A model generated the notes under the pieces. That model made no database searches, had not been told where the DNA came from, and saw only the letters and a program-made list of their open reading frames with translations. The translations under genes were made by a program, and so were the position numbers. 64,000 nucleotides of DNA from Planctomycetota bacterium (GTDB lineage Bacteria; Planctomycetota; UBA1135; UBA2386): assembly GCA_016793265.1 (NCBI GenBank), contig JAEUHT010000041.1:1865-65864 (forward strand), given 5' to 3'. Position 1 is the first letter of the stretch, and every line of letters begins with the position of its first letter. Positions 9,523 through 18,105 of the stretch are shown piece after piece.

Positions 9523-11376
9523 CTACTCGACCAGTCGCAGCTGGTAGACGACGACGCCGCCGTCGATCGCCTTACCCTTGGCGAGGCTGTCGAGGCGCGC
9601 CTTGAGGTCCTGGGGCGCGTGCTGCGGGTGCAGCACGAAGCCGAAGGTCTCGCGGATCTGCTGCCGGCGCACCTTCGCCACCAGCTCGTCGAGCTTGGTC
9701 ACGTCATCGACGCCGTAGATGAGCTCGAACTTGCCGATCTTGGGGTGCGCCACGGGCGGCGCACTCGTCAACACGGTGGCGCAGCCGTCGAGCTGCGGTG
9801 CGGCCTTCTCGACCACGGCGACGGTGTCGTTCTGCGGCGCGAAGCCGAGCCGGTAGACCAGGATGCCATCGGGGCCGACCTGCCGCGGCGCCAGGGAGTC
9901 GAGCACGCGGACCAGTTCGGGATCGGCGTGCTCCGGATGCACGATGAAGCCGACCTGATCGCGGAACTGCTTCTCGCGGCCCAGCGCCACGAAGCCCTGC
10001 AGCTTCTCGGCCGTGTCGATGGCGTAGGCCATCGACATGTGTTCGATCTGCACCTGCGTCACGGCCGGCGCGCTGGTCATCACCGTGCTGACGCCATCGA
10101 GCAACGGCACTGCCTTCCGCATCACGGCGATGGTGTCGTTGGTCTCGACGACCTCGTGGTTGGTTATCAGCCGGTGGGTGCCGAGGTGGCCGCCGATCGC
10201 CACGCACCCGGCCAAGACCAGGGCGAGCGCACGCAGGGGACCGCCCAGCGCCGGCACGGCGGCCGCGAACACGCACAGGCCGGCGAAGCCGTGCACCGAC
10301 CAGAACGGGTGGTCGACCGCGTGCCGGAACATCGAGCCGTAGTTGAGCAGCCCGGGCAGCAGCGTGGCCGCGCCGACCAGCAGCAGCGGCCGCAGCGCCG
10401 CGTCGCGCGCCGCGATTGCGATGCCGGCGAGCGCGAGCACGAGCAGGCCGATGTTGAAGTGCTCGAACCAGACCACGGCCATCGCTTCGCCGAAGCGCGC
10501 CAGGTCGACGGTCTCGGCGATGCCGTGGCTCTCCAGGTGGATCAGCGTCAGCAGTTCGTGCACATAGCCCGCGGCGCTACCGATCTTGGGGTCGAAGCCG
10601 AAGTGCCACGCCATGACCCCGAACGCCAGCAGCGACACCGGGAACATGCCGACCACCTGCAGCAGCGCGGCCAGCTTGCGCCGCTGCGCGAAGGCGAGCA
10701 CGAACATCGCCGGCCCCCACCAGTAGCCCGAGAAGTCCCACGACGCCGAGGCGAAGAACAGGCCGGCGCAGGCGAGCCAATTGCGCACGTTCGGCGCGTC
10801 ACACAGCCGCTGATAGCGCCACAGCGTCCACAGGCCACAGCCGAGCACGGCGCCGTCCTGCAGCACCATCGGCCCGTAGTAGGCGATCAGCGGCGCCGTC
10901 GCGAACAGCAGCGCGCTCCAACCCGCCGCCTGCGGACTGGCGAAGCGTCGCACCAGCAGGTAGACCGCGAACAGGCCTGGGAAGAACAACAGCAGCTGGC
11001 CGATGCGCAGCGCCATCGGCGTATGGCCGAGCAACCAGCCCCAGAAGCTCACGTAGAGCCAGTAATAGGGCGGGTGGTGGTGATTGACGTTCTGTTCGAG
11101 CTTGCCAGCAACCTCGATGACGAAGCCCGGCAGCCCGTGCGTGACCGCGAGGCCGTACTTGAGATTGACGGCGACGGCGACATCGGTGTAGCGCGCCGCG
11201 ACGCCGCCGCGCAGGCCGTGCTCCCAGGGCCCCGTGATGTTGCGCAGGCTGGTGACGAGCAGCAGCAGGGTGGCGAGCAACAGCAGCAGCCGTCCGGCGC
11301 GCTCATCGCGCCCGCTGGCTGCGGGCCGCAGATCAGCCGCCGGCGACGTCTCGGACGGAGGCAAGGGTGGAATCAC
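9523..11376 (-). CDS. GT-C fold (ArnT/GT39-like) membrane glycosyltransferase with duplicated C-terminal domain
   Basis: HHPPYY motif followed by many TM helices; two ~103-aa homologous C-terminal units. Confidence 0.8.
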   Translation of the reverse strand: MIPPLPPSETSPAADLRPAASGRDERAGRLLLLLATLLLLVTSLRNITGPWEHGLRGGVAARYTDVAVAVNLKYGLAVTHGLPGFVIEVAGKLEQNVNHHHPPYYWLYVSFWGWLLGHTPMALRIGQLLLFFPGLFAVYLLVRRFASPQAAGWSALLFATAPLIAYYGPMVLQDGAVLGCGLWTLWRYQRLCDAPNVRNWLACAGLFFASASWDFSGYWWGPAMFVLAFAQRRKLAALLQVVGMFPVSLLAFGVMAWHFGFDPKIGSAAGYVHELLTLIHLESHGIAETVDLARFGEAMAVVWFEHFNIGLLVLALAGIAIAARDAALRPLLLVGAATLLPGLLNYGSMFRHAVDHPFWSVHGFAGLCVFAAAVPALGGPLRALALVLAGCVAIGGHLGTHRLITNHEVVETNDTIAVMRKAVPLLDGVSTVMTSAPAVTQVQIEHMSMAYAIDTAEKLQGFVALGREKQFRDQVGFIVHPEHADPELVRVLDSLAPRQVGPDGILVYRLGFAPQNDTVAVVEKAAPQLDGCATVLTSAPPVAHPKIGKFELIYGVDDVTKLDELVAKVRRQQIRETFGFVLHPQHAPQDLKARLDSLAKGKAIDGGVVVYQLRLVE

Positions 11377-11383
11377 GGGGGCT

Positions 11384-12841
11384 TCAGCCGCAGTTGCTGG
11401 CGGCCATGCGATCCGACTCGATGTCGCTGATCATCTGCTCGGTGATGTCACCGGTCGGGTAGATGCCCTCGAAGCACGCCTTGCAGAACTCGATCGAGCG
11501 GTTGCCCGCCGCGCGCACCGCATCCACCATCTCGGGCAGGGTCTGGTAGAGCACGTGATCGGCGCCCAGCTCCTTGGCGATCTCCTCGTTGGTGCGGCCG
11601 CGCGCGACGAACTCGCGCTTGGTCGACATGTCGATGCCATAGAGGCACGGGAACAACAGCGGCGCGGAGTAGGACGCGAGGTAGACCTTCGCGGCGCCCA
11701 TCTGACGGGCGATCTTGACGATCTGCCGGCTGGTGTTGCCACGCACGATCGAGTCGTCCAGGATGATCACGCGGCGACCTTCGAACTCGGAGCGGATCGG
11801 GTTGAGCTTGGCGCGGATCGTCGCCTGCCGCGCCTTGTCGTTCGGCATGATGAAGGTGCGGCCGACGTAGCGGTTCTTGACGAAGCCCTCGCGGCACGGC
11901 ACCCCGATCTCCTCCGCCATCGTCACGCCCGCGTTGCGGGCCGACTCGGGCACCGGGATGACGACATCGGCCTCGAGGCCGGTGGCGCGGAAGGCCTTGC
12001 CGAGGCGCCGGCCCAGCTCCATGCGCGCGGCGTGCACCGAAGTGCCGTCGAGCACCGCGTCGGGCCGCGCGAAGTAGACGTATTCGAAGATGCAGGGCCG
12101 GTGCGGCTTGTCGCCGACCTGGCGGATGTGCGGCACGCGGTCCTTGCCGATCCACAACATCTCGCCGGCCTTGAGGTCGCGCACGACCTGGTAGCCGGCG
12201 ACGTCGAGCACCACCGACTCGCTGGCGACGGCGTAGAAGGTCCCCTCGGGCGTCTCCTTCTTGCCGTAGATGCACGGCTTGATGCCGTACGGGTCACGGA
12301 AGGCATACATGCCCTCGCTGGTGATGCCGACGACGGAGTAGGCGCCCTTCACCCGCGTGAACACCTCCTGCACGGCGACCTGCACGTCGTCGACCGTGAC
12401 CGGGTGCTTGGCGCGGCGCATCAGCGCGTCGGCGAACACGTAGAGCACGACCTCGAGGTCGCAGTTGCTGCCGAGGTGGATGTTGCGCTGGCCGAAGTAG
12501 GTGCGCTTGAGCTCGTGGAAGTTGGTGACGTTGCCGTTGTGCGCCATGGCGACGCCGACGGGGTAGTCGAGCCAGAACGGCTGCACGTCGGTGTCCTCGC
12601 CGAGGCCGACCGTCGGGTAACGCACGTGGCCGACGGCGAGGTGGCCACGCAGGCGCTGCATGTGCTTGTCCTGGAAGACCTCGCGCACCAGCCCGAGCCC
12701 CTTCTTGGCCTGGAAGCGGTCGTGGAACGTCACCACGCCGGCGGCGTCCTGGCCGCGGTGTTGGATCGCCAACAGGCCGGACAGCACGTCGTGGATGGCG
12801 TTGGATTCAGGAGGGCCGAAGATCGAGATGAAGCCGCACAT
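11384..12841 (-). CDS. purF: Amidophosphoribosyltransferase
   Basis: MCG start, QHRGQDAAG, GHVRYPT, AHNGN, RDPYGIKP, CIFEYVYFARPD, LDDSIVRGNTS. Confidence 0.97.
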   Translation of the reverse strand: MCGFISIFGPPESNAIHDVLSGLLAIQHRGQDAAGVVTFHDRFQAKKGLGLVREVFQDKHMQRLRGHLAVGHVRYPTVGLGEDTDVQPFWLDYPVGVAMAHNGNVTNFHELKRTYFGQRNIHLGSNCDLEVVLYVFADALMRRAKHPVTVDDVQVAVQEVFTRVKGAYSVVGITSEGMYAFRDPYGIKPCIYGKKETPEGTFYAVASESVVLDVAGYQVVRDLKAGEMLWIGKDRVPHIRQVGDKPHRPCIFEYVYFARPDAVLDGTSVHAARMELGRRLGKAFRATGLEADVVIPVPESARNAGVTMAEEIGVPCREGFVKNRYVGRTFIMPNDKARQATIRAKLNPIRSEFEGRRVIILDDSIVRGNTSRQIVKIARQMGAAKVYLASYSAPLLFPCLYGIDMSTKREFVARGRTNEEIAKELGADHVLYQTLPEMVDAVRAAGNRSIEFCKACFEGIYPTGDITEQMISDIESDRMAASNCG

Positions 12842-12855
12842 GGATTGGGCGCGCG

Positions 12856-12865
12856 AGCTTACCAT
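12856..12865. promoter_or_regulatory. Overlapping divergent -10 boxes for purF and the aminotransferase gene
   Basis: TACCAT (+, 12860-12865) 10 nt before ATG 12876; TAAGCT (-, 12861-12856) 14 nt before ATG 12841; 34-bp intergenic gap. Confidence 0.55.
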
Positions 12866-12875
12866 CCCGACCCGC

Positions 12876-13775
12876 ATGGCGAACCTCTGCAACATCGACG
12901 GTGTCGTCACCGCCGAAGCCGACGCCCGCATCCCCGTTCTCGACCGGGGGTTCCTGTTCGGCGACTCCGTCTACGAAGTGGTCAGGACCCATGGCGAAGT
13001 GCCCTTCGCCTGGCGCGAGCACTGGGCGCGCTTGTGCAGCTCGGCGGCCGGGCTACAGCTGCAGCTCGACCTCGACGAAGCGATCGTGGCGCGGCGCGTG
13101 GCGGCGACGCTGGCCGCGTCCGGTCCCGGCGATCACTACGTGCGCGTCATCGTCACGCGTGGCAGCGGGGAAGCGCCCAACATCGACCTCACCTACGCCA
13201 GGTCGGCGCCGCGGTGGGTGATCCTGTGCCGACCGCTGACCACCATCACCGGACTCGCCGCCAAGGTCGCCATCGTCGACCGGCTGCGCAACGACCGCCG
13301 CGCGCTCGACCCGGCGACGAAGAGCGGCAACTACCTCAACAACGTGCTCGCGCTGGCCGAGGCCAAGGCCGTCGGCGCCACCGATTGCCTGATGTGCAAC
13401 AGCCAAGGCTTCGTCACCGAAGCCTCGACGTCGAACGTCTTCGCGCGCCTGGGCGGCATCTGGTGCACGCCGCCGCTCGCGGCCGGCCTGCTCGCCGGCA
13501 TCACCCGGCGCCTCCTGCTCGACTTCTTGCCGACGATCGGCGAGTTGGTCGCGGAGCGCGAGATCACGGCCGACGAGCTGCGTGGTGCCGAAGAGGTGTT
13601 CCTGTCGAGCACCCTGCGCGACATCGGCCCGGTCACCCACGTCGACGGCCGCGCCCTGCACGGCGGCGCCGGCGGCCCACAGACCGCGCGCCTGCTGCCG
13701 CTCTTCCAGGCGCACATCGAACGCCGACTGCGGGAGTTCGACGCGCCGGAGTGGCGCCGCCTCACCAGGGCCTGA
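12876..13775 (+). CDS. Class IV PLP aminotransferase (IlvE/D-amino-acid/PabC family)
   Basis: DRGFLFGDSVYE, RVIVTRG, KSGNYL, EASTSNVF, LLAGITR, EEVFLSST. Confidence 0.92.
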   Translation: MANLCNIDGVVTAEADARIPVLDRGFLFGDSVYEVVRTHGEVPFAWREHWARLCSSAAGLQLQLDLDEAIVARRVAATLAASGPGDHYVRVIVTRGSGEAPNIDLTYARSAPRWVILCRPLTTITGLAAKVAIVDRLRNDRRALDPATKSGNYLNNVLALAEAKAVGATDCLMCNSQGFVTEASTSNVFARLGGIWCTPPLAAGLLAGITRRLLLDFLPTIGELVAEREITADELRGAEEVFLSSTLRDIGPVTHVDGRALHGGAGGPQTARLLPLFQAHIERRLREFDAPEWRRLTRA

Positions 13776-13798
13776 CGGGGTGTACGCCGCCGTCAGGC
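13770..13798. terminator. Hairpin between convergent genes
   Basis: gcctgacgg-N11-ccgtcaggc, 9-bp perfect stem; no U-tract. Confidence 0.4.
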
Positions 13799-13811
13799 GG
13801 GGTGCCGAAGC

Positions 13812-14210
13812 TCAGCTGAGGGCGTCGGCGAGGATGGACTGGATGCGTTCCAGCGCGGCGCGGTAGCGGTTCTTGGCCTGCTCGCTGCTCTTCACCGCGT
13901 TGACGATGCCCTCGAGGGAGTCGAAGGTCGGAGCCGCCTGCTTGCGCGGACGGCCAGGGCCACGCTTCGGCATGGCCGCGACCGGCGCCACACCCGCGGC
14001 CTTGGCCTTGGCGCGCGCCGCCTTGCCCTGGCCACGCGGGGCCGCCTTGACGATGCCCACCAGGGTCTGCGCCCGGCCGAACATGATGGGGTAGATCTTC
14101 AGCTTCTTCTTCGCCGCCGCGGCCTGGATGTCGGCGTACTTCGCGTCGCGGTTGCTCTTCAGGCTCTCGACGATGAACTCCATCGCCGAACTGCTCTTCT
14201 TGGCTGCCAT
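13812..14210 (-). CDS. Small basic AT-hook protein, candidate nucleoid-associated protein
   Basis: 132 aa, K/A/R-rich, PKRGPGRPRK motif, C-terminal amphipathic helices. Confidence 0.75.
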   Translation of the reverse strand: MAAKKSSSAMEFIVESLKSNRDAKYADIQAAAAKKKLKIYPIMFGRAQTLVGIVKAAPRGQGKAARAKAKAAGVAPVAAMPKRGPGRPRKQAAPTFDSLEGIVNAVKSSEQAKNRYRAALERIQSILADALS

Positions 14211-14326
14211 CGTATTGCTTGGTTCGTGAATGCGGCACAATCAGCCGCGGAACGGAAGCCGGCATTGTCCTGGGTCGGACAGGAGAAACAAGCGTGATGC
14301 AGTCATTGCCGCGGGTGCTGCTGCAC

Positions 14327-16144
14327 CTATTTGCCCGACCGGACCAGCCACGATTCCCCGGGAGCAAGCAACACGGTGTGGTGCGGCAATAGCGACTTCT
14401 GCAGGGCGTGCAGGTCCTTCAGGGTCACGCGGGTCACGTTCGGCAGCGTCTGACAGGCGAAGGCCTCGTCGAACAGCACCACGGTCGGCTTCAGCCTGGC
14501 CAGGATGGTGGCGATCTCCATGTTGCGCGGCGAGGCGATGACGACGTCCACTGGCCCCTCGGGCGCGTCGGCGACGGTCAGGTTCATACCCATCACGAGC
14601 ACGCGCGGCCCCTTGGCCAGCTCGACGAGGTAGCTGCAGTCATAGGCGACCTTGCCGTCGTCGCGCACCTTGCCGAGCAGGTGCACGAGCGCGCCCGAAC
14701 CCTGCCCGAATGTCTTGCCGGGCGCGAACAGCGGGATCCGATCCATCGGCACCGCCGGCAGGTGGAAGGCGATGTGCGTGAACACCGGCCGCGGCGGCTC
14801 CGCGCCCAGCATGCCGACCAGCAACTGGTCATTGCGGCGCGTCATGTCGAGCGGCGTGGTGAGCAGGCAGAACTCGAGGCCGCCCCACAGCAGGTTGCCG
14901 AGCTGTGGGCCGACCGGGTCGATGGCGAAGTTGCGGGTCGCCGATCGCACCAACCAACCACCCATCGGCAGACGGAACAGGCGCGCGGCGCCTTCGGGCA
15001 CCGGATCCTCGGCCTCCTTCGACACTGCGCGCAGCCGGTCGAACCACCACTGCGGCAGGCCGCGCGCGCAGATGCCGCCCACTTCGCGGTCCATGCGCCG
15101 GTGGATGCGCTGCAGCAACTCCAGATAGTCGACGCGCGGGAAGCGCGCCGTCGCGCTCTCGATCACCTCGAGTGTCTGCAGTCGCTTCAGCCCGCCGAGC
15201 GTCTCCGGCGGCTCGCTGCCGTCGTAGACCTGCGGCGGCTGCAGCTGCAGGTTGGCCGTCTGTTCGCGCCAGAACTCCGGCGGCTCGCACGGCGGCCGGG
15301 ACTGTCCCGGCTTGGGCGGGAATTCCGGAACCACACCGTTCAGCGCCGCCGTGTCGGCAACCAGCATGATGCTGCCGAACAGCCCGGGGTCGACGAGCGG
15401 GCTGCAGCCGAAGGTCCAACCGATGCGGGTCTGCGGCATCGCATCCGTGCTCTCGTCGAAGTCATTGACGACGATCTGCAGGTCGAACACGGCCCCGGCC
15501 TTCGCCTGCTGACCGGGCGGCAGGATCTCACCCCACGGCAACCGCGCCTCATAGGTGGTGATGCCCTGTTCCTTGTCGTGCAGCACGACCATACGGGCGC
15601 TGTCGCCGTCGAGCACGCGCGCGGTGCCGCGCAGCCGGTCCCACTGGATGATCTCGCGGCCGGTCTCGTCGCCGAACCAGAACTCGCGGTCGTCGGCGCG
15701 GCCGGGGTCGTTGCCGCCGGCGCGGGTGTCGCGCGCCGGATCGAAGGTCAACACCACGGAGTCGGCGACCGGGATCTCCGTCAGCAACAAGGTGCCGGCG
15801 TCGAGCGCACGGTGCCATTCGTCGCGCACGCTGAGCCCGACGTAGAGCGCGTCCGCATCCCACATCAGGAACGCCATCGCACTGAGGTCCGCGGGGCCGC
15901 GCCAGGCGCCGAAGGCGGTGCCGGACAGCTGCCGCCGGTCGGCGAGGGTGATCGCCGGCAACTCGGGCCAGTCGATCAGCGAACCGTCGATGGTGAGCGT
16001 GCGCTCGCCGCGCGGCAGCACCACTGCCTGCGGGATCAGCATCAGCTCCGGCCGGCGCTGGGGACCAGCGGCGGGCGGCGGTGCCTGCGCCGCCAGGACG
16101 GCGCCGAGGCCGAGCAAGGTCAGGGGGATTCGTTCCACGAGCAC
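14327..16144 (-). CDS. Secreted protein with CBM9-like sugar-binding domain and degenerate metallo-beta-lactamase-like C-terminus
   Basis: Signal peptide; TIDGSLIDW, LMWDADALYVGLSVRD, YEARLPW, IVVNDFD (CBM9-like); GWLVRSATRNFAIDP and SYLVEL (MBL-like, no HxHxDH). Confidence 0.65.
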   Translation of the reverse strand: MLVERIPLTLLGLGAVLAAQAPPPAAGPQRRPELMLIPQAVVLPRGERTLTIDGSLIDWPELPAITLADRRQLSGTAFGAWRGPADLSAMAFLMWDADALYVGLSVRDEWHRALDAGTLLLTEIPVADSVVLTFDPARDTRAGGNDPGRADDREFWFGDETGREIIQWDRLRGTARVLDGDSARMVVLHDKEQGITTYEARLPWGEILPPGQQAKAGAVFDLQIVVNDFDESTDAMPQTRIGWTFGCSPLVDPGLFGSIMLVADTAALNGVVPEFPPKPGQSRPPCEPPEFWREQTANLQLQPPQVYDGSEPPETLGGLKRLQTLEVIESATARFPRVDYLELLQRIHRRMDREVGGICARGLPQWWFDRLRAVSKEAEDPVPEGAARLFRLPMGGWLVRSATRNFAIDPVGPQLGNLLWGGLEFCLLTTPLDMTRRNDQLLVGMLGAEPPRPVFTHIAFHLPAVPMDRIPLFAPGKTFGQGSGALVHLLGKVRDDGKVAYDCSYLVELAKGPRVLVMGMNLTVADAPEGPVDVVIASPRNMEIATILARLKPTVVLFDEAFACQTLPNVTRVTLKDLHALQKSLLPHHTVLLAPGESWLVRSGK

Positions 16145-16698
16145 TGGATCCTCCGCAACGTCAGGTAATTCATGATGGCGTGCGCGGTGGTCGAACCGAG
16201 CAGGCCGAAGCCGGATTGCACCACGAGACCGAGCGCCACCGCGTGCACCAGCACGAACGGGGTCAGCCGCACGTTGCCGAGCCAGCTATTCAGCAGCACG
16301 CTGGCGGCAACCGAGCCGAACAGCCCGAACTGATCCTGCACCGCCAGCCGGAAGAACGTCTCTTCGGCAACCGCGCCGGTCAGCACGAGCGTCACCATCG
16401 CCTTGTCGCCGACGCCGGCCAACGAGGCATGGGCGAGCCGTTCGACCTCACGCACGCCTTGCCACCGGCGCGACGCGGCGTTGCCGAGCCACGCCATGAC
16501 GACGCCGAGGCCGAGCCCGACCGCCGAGGCCAGCAGCGGTCCGTGTCGGCCGACGGCGACCTCGGCCAGCGCCGCGCTGCGGTCGCGCACCGACAGCCAC
16601 CACAGGGCGGCGCCGAACAAACCGGCGAAGACGGCGACGCTGGCGACGACCACCGCCGCCGGGCTGGCCGGGCGCTCCGGTTCGGGAGCTTCGCTCAC
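16120..16698 (-). CDS. CPBP (Abi/Rce1-like) intramembrane glutamic metalloprotease
   Basis: AEETFFR and AHAIMN motifs within TM helices; GTG start overlaps the upstream TGA. Confidence 0.8.
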   Translation of the reverse strand: MSEAPEPERPASPAAVVVASVAVFAGLFGAALWWLSVRDRSAALAEVAVGRHGPLLASAVGLGLGVVMAWLGNAASRRWQGVREVERLAHASLAGVGDKAMVTLVLTGAVAEETFFRLAVQDQFGLFGSVAASVLLNSWLGNVRLTPFVLVHAVALGLVVQSGFGLLGSTTAHAIMNYLTLRRIQCSWNESP

Positions 16699-17939
16699 AG
16701 GAGCCACCGCCGTCGCGACCACGGCCCCACCACGGCCAGCGGCACGCCGAGGAACGCCTGCTTCGCCACCGGCCCGAACTGACGGCTGTCGCGGCTGGCG
16801 AACGGGCTGTCGCCGAGCAGGAACCAGTGCCCCGGCGGCACCAGCCGCGGCCACTCCCCCGGCGCGCCGGGCAGGCCGAGCACCTTCTCGCGGTAGGCGT
16901 GCACGTCGTGGAACACGGTCAGCGCGCGCAGCCGCAGCGGGCGCGCCCCGAGCACGCCGACGCTGGCATGGCAGCGCGGCCCGTTGCCGAACACGGCATC
17001 GAAGTCGGGCGCCCAGTCGGCGCGGCGCGCGAACACGAACCGCGCATCGGGGCGGTCGTCGACGACGAAGAAGGCGCGATCGTCGAGCACGCCGAAGGCC
17101 ACCCGGTGCGGACCCGGCGCCGCCGGCAGCGTCGCCCTGGCCACGCTGACGCCGTTGCGCCAGAGGTCGAGTTCGCCGCTCACCGGCTGCCAGTGGAAGG
17201 TCAACGCCTCGTTGCGGCCGTCGAGGCTGCCGAGCAGCGTGTCAACGGCGTCGATCAGCTGCAGCTCGACGCCGACGTCGTACACCGAGACATCCTCACC
17301 GATGCGCTCGTGCCGGCCGGTGCGGTCGACGTACGACGCGTCCACGGCCCGCGTGGTGCCGAGGCACCCGGGTGGCGTCACGGCACCACGACGACGACGC
17401 GCGATGCGGGTCGCGAACAGCCGCCGCGCCTCGTCGACGCCGGCTTCGAGCGGCGGCAGCCGCAGCTCACCGGGTTCGAAGGTCGCCGCCGTGAGGTCGA
17501 GCCGTTCGTCGCCGGCCACCGCCGGCCACAGCGCCCAGGGCACCCGCATCGACCGCGCCGCGATCGGGTCCTTCTGCTCGACGTGCACCGACTGCTTGTC
17601 GGGGCCGAGCCAGACGTCGCCCTGCCGGATGTCGATCCAGCAGGCGGCGGGATCGTCGCCGCTGGCGGCGATGCGTTTGACGAGCTGGCGGCCGGATTCG
17701 TGTGGTTCTGCCACCACGACGAGGTCGTGGCGCCGGCGGCCGCTGGCGCTGGCCAGCTTGTCGACGAAGACGATGTCGCCGGTGTCGGGATCACCGTGCA
17801 GCAGCGGTTCCATGCTGCCGGTCGGCACGATGTAGCGGTCGCCGACCCACAGCCGCAGCGCCTGCACGGTGACGACGGCGACCAACGCCATGCACACGGC
17901 GTCGCGCAGGATGGTCAAGGTTGGGGACCGTGGCCGCAT
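16695..17939 (-). CDS. lepB: Signal peptidase I (S26) with large internal insertion
   Basis: N-terminal TM, VPTGSMEP (Ser), LVKRI (Lys), C-terminal LGDSPFASRDSRQFGPV. Confidence 0.85.
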   Translation of the reverse strand: MRPRSPTLTILRDAVCMALVAVVTVQALRLWVGDRYIVPTGSMEPLLHGDPDTGDIVFVDKLASASGRRRHDLVVVAEPHESGRQLVKRIAASGDDPAACWIDIRQGDVWLGPDKQSVHVEQKDPIAARSMRVPWALWPAVAGDERLDLTAATFEPGELRLPPLEAGVDEARRLFATRIARRRRGAVTPPGCLGTTRAVDASYVDRTGRHERIGEDVSVYDVGVELQLIDAVDTLLGSLDGRNEALTFHWQPVSGELDLWRNGVSVARATLPAAPGPHRVAFGVLDDRAFFVVDDRPDARFVFARRADWAPDFDAVFGNGPRCHASVGVLGARPLRLRALTVFHDVHAYREKVLGLPGAPGEWPRLVPPGHWFLLGDSPFASRDSRQFGPVAKQAFLGVPLAVVGPWSRRRWLL

Positions 17940-18105
17940 GGACGGGTCAGGGCAGCGGACGGAACGCGGGCAAGGTCACCGCTGCGATCATGCAGCGGCC
18001 GCGGCGACATCGGAAGCCAGCAGGCCTTCTTCGCCCGCTGCGGTCGCGGCGTTCGCCTGGATCGGGCATGATCCCATTCCCGCCGCAGCCCGCGGCCCCG
18101 ACGTC

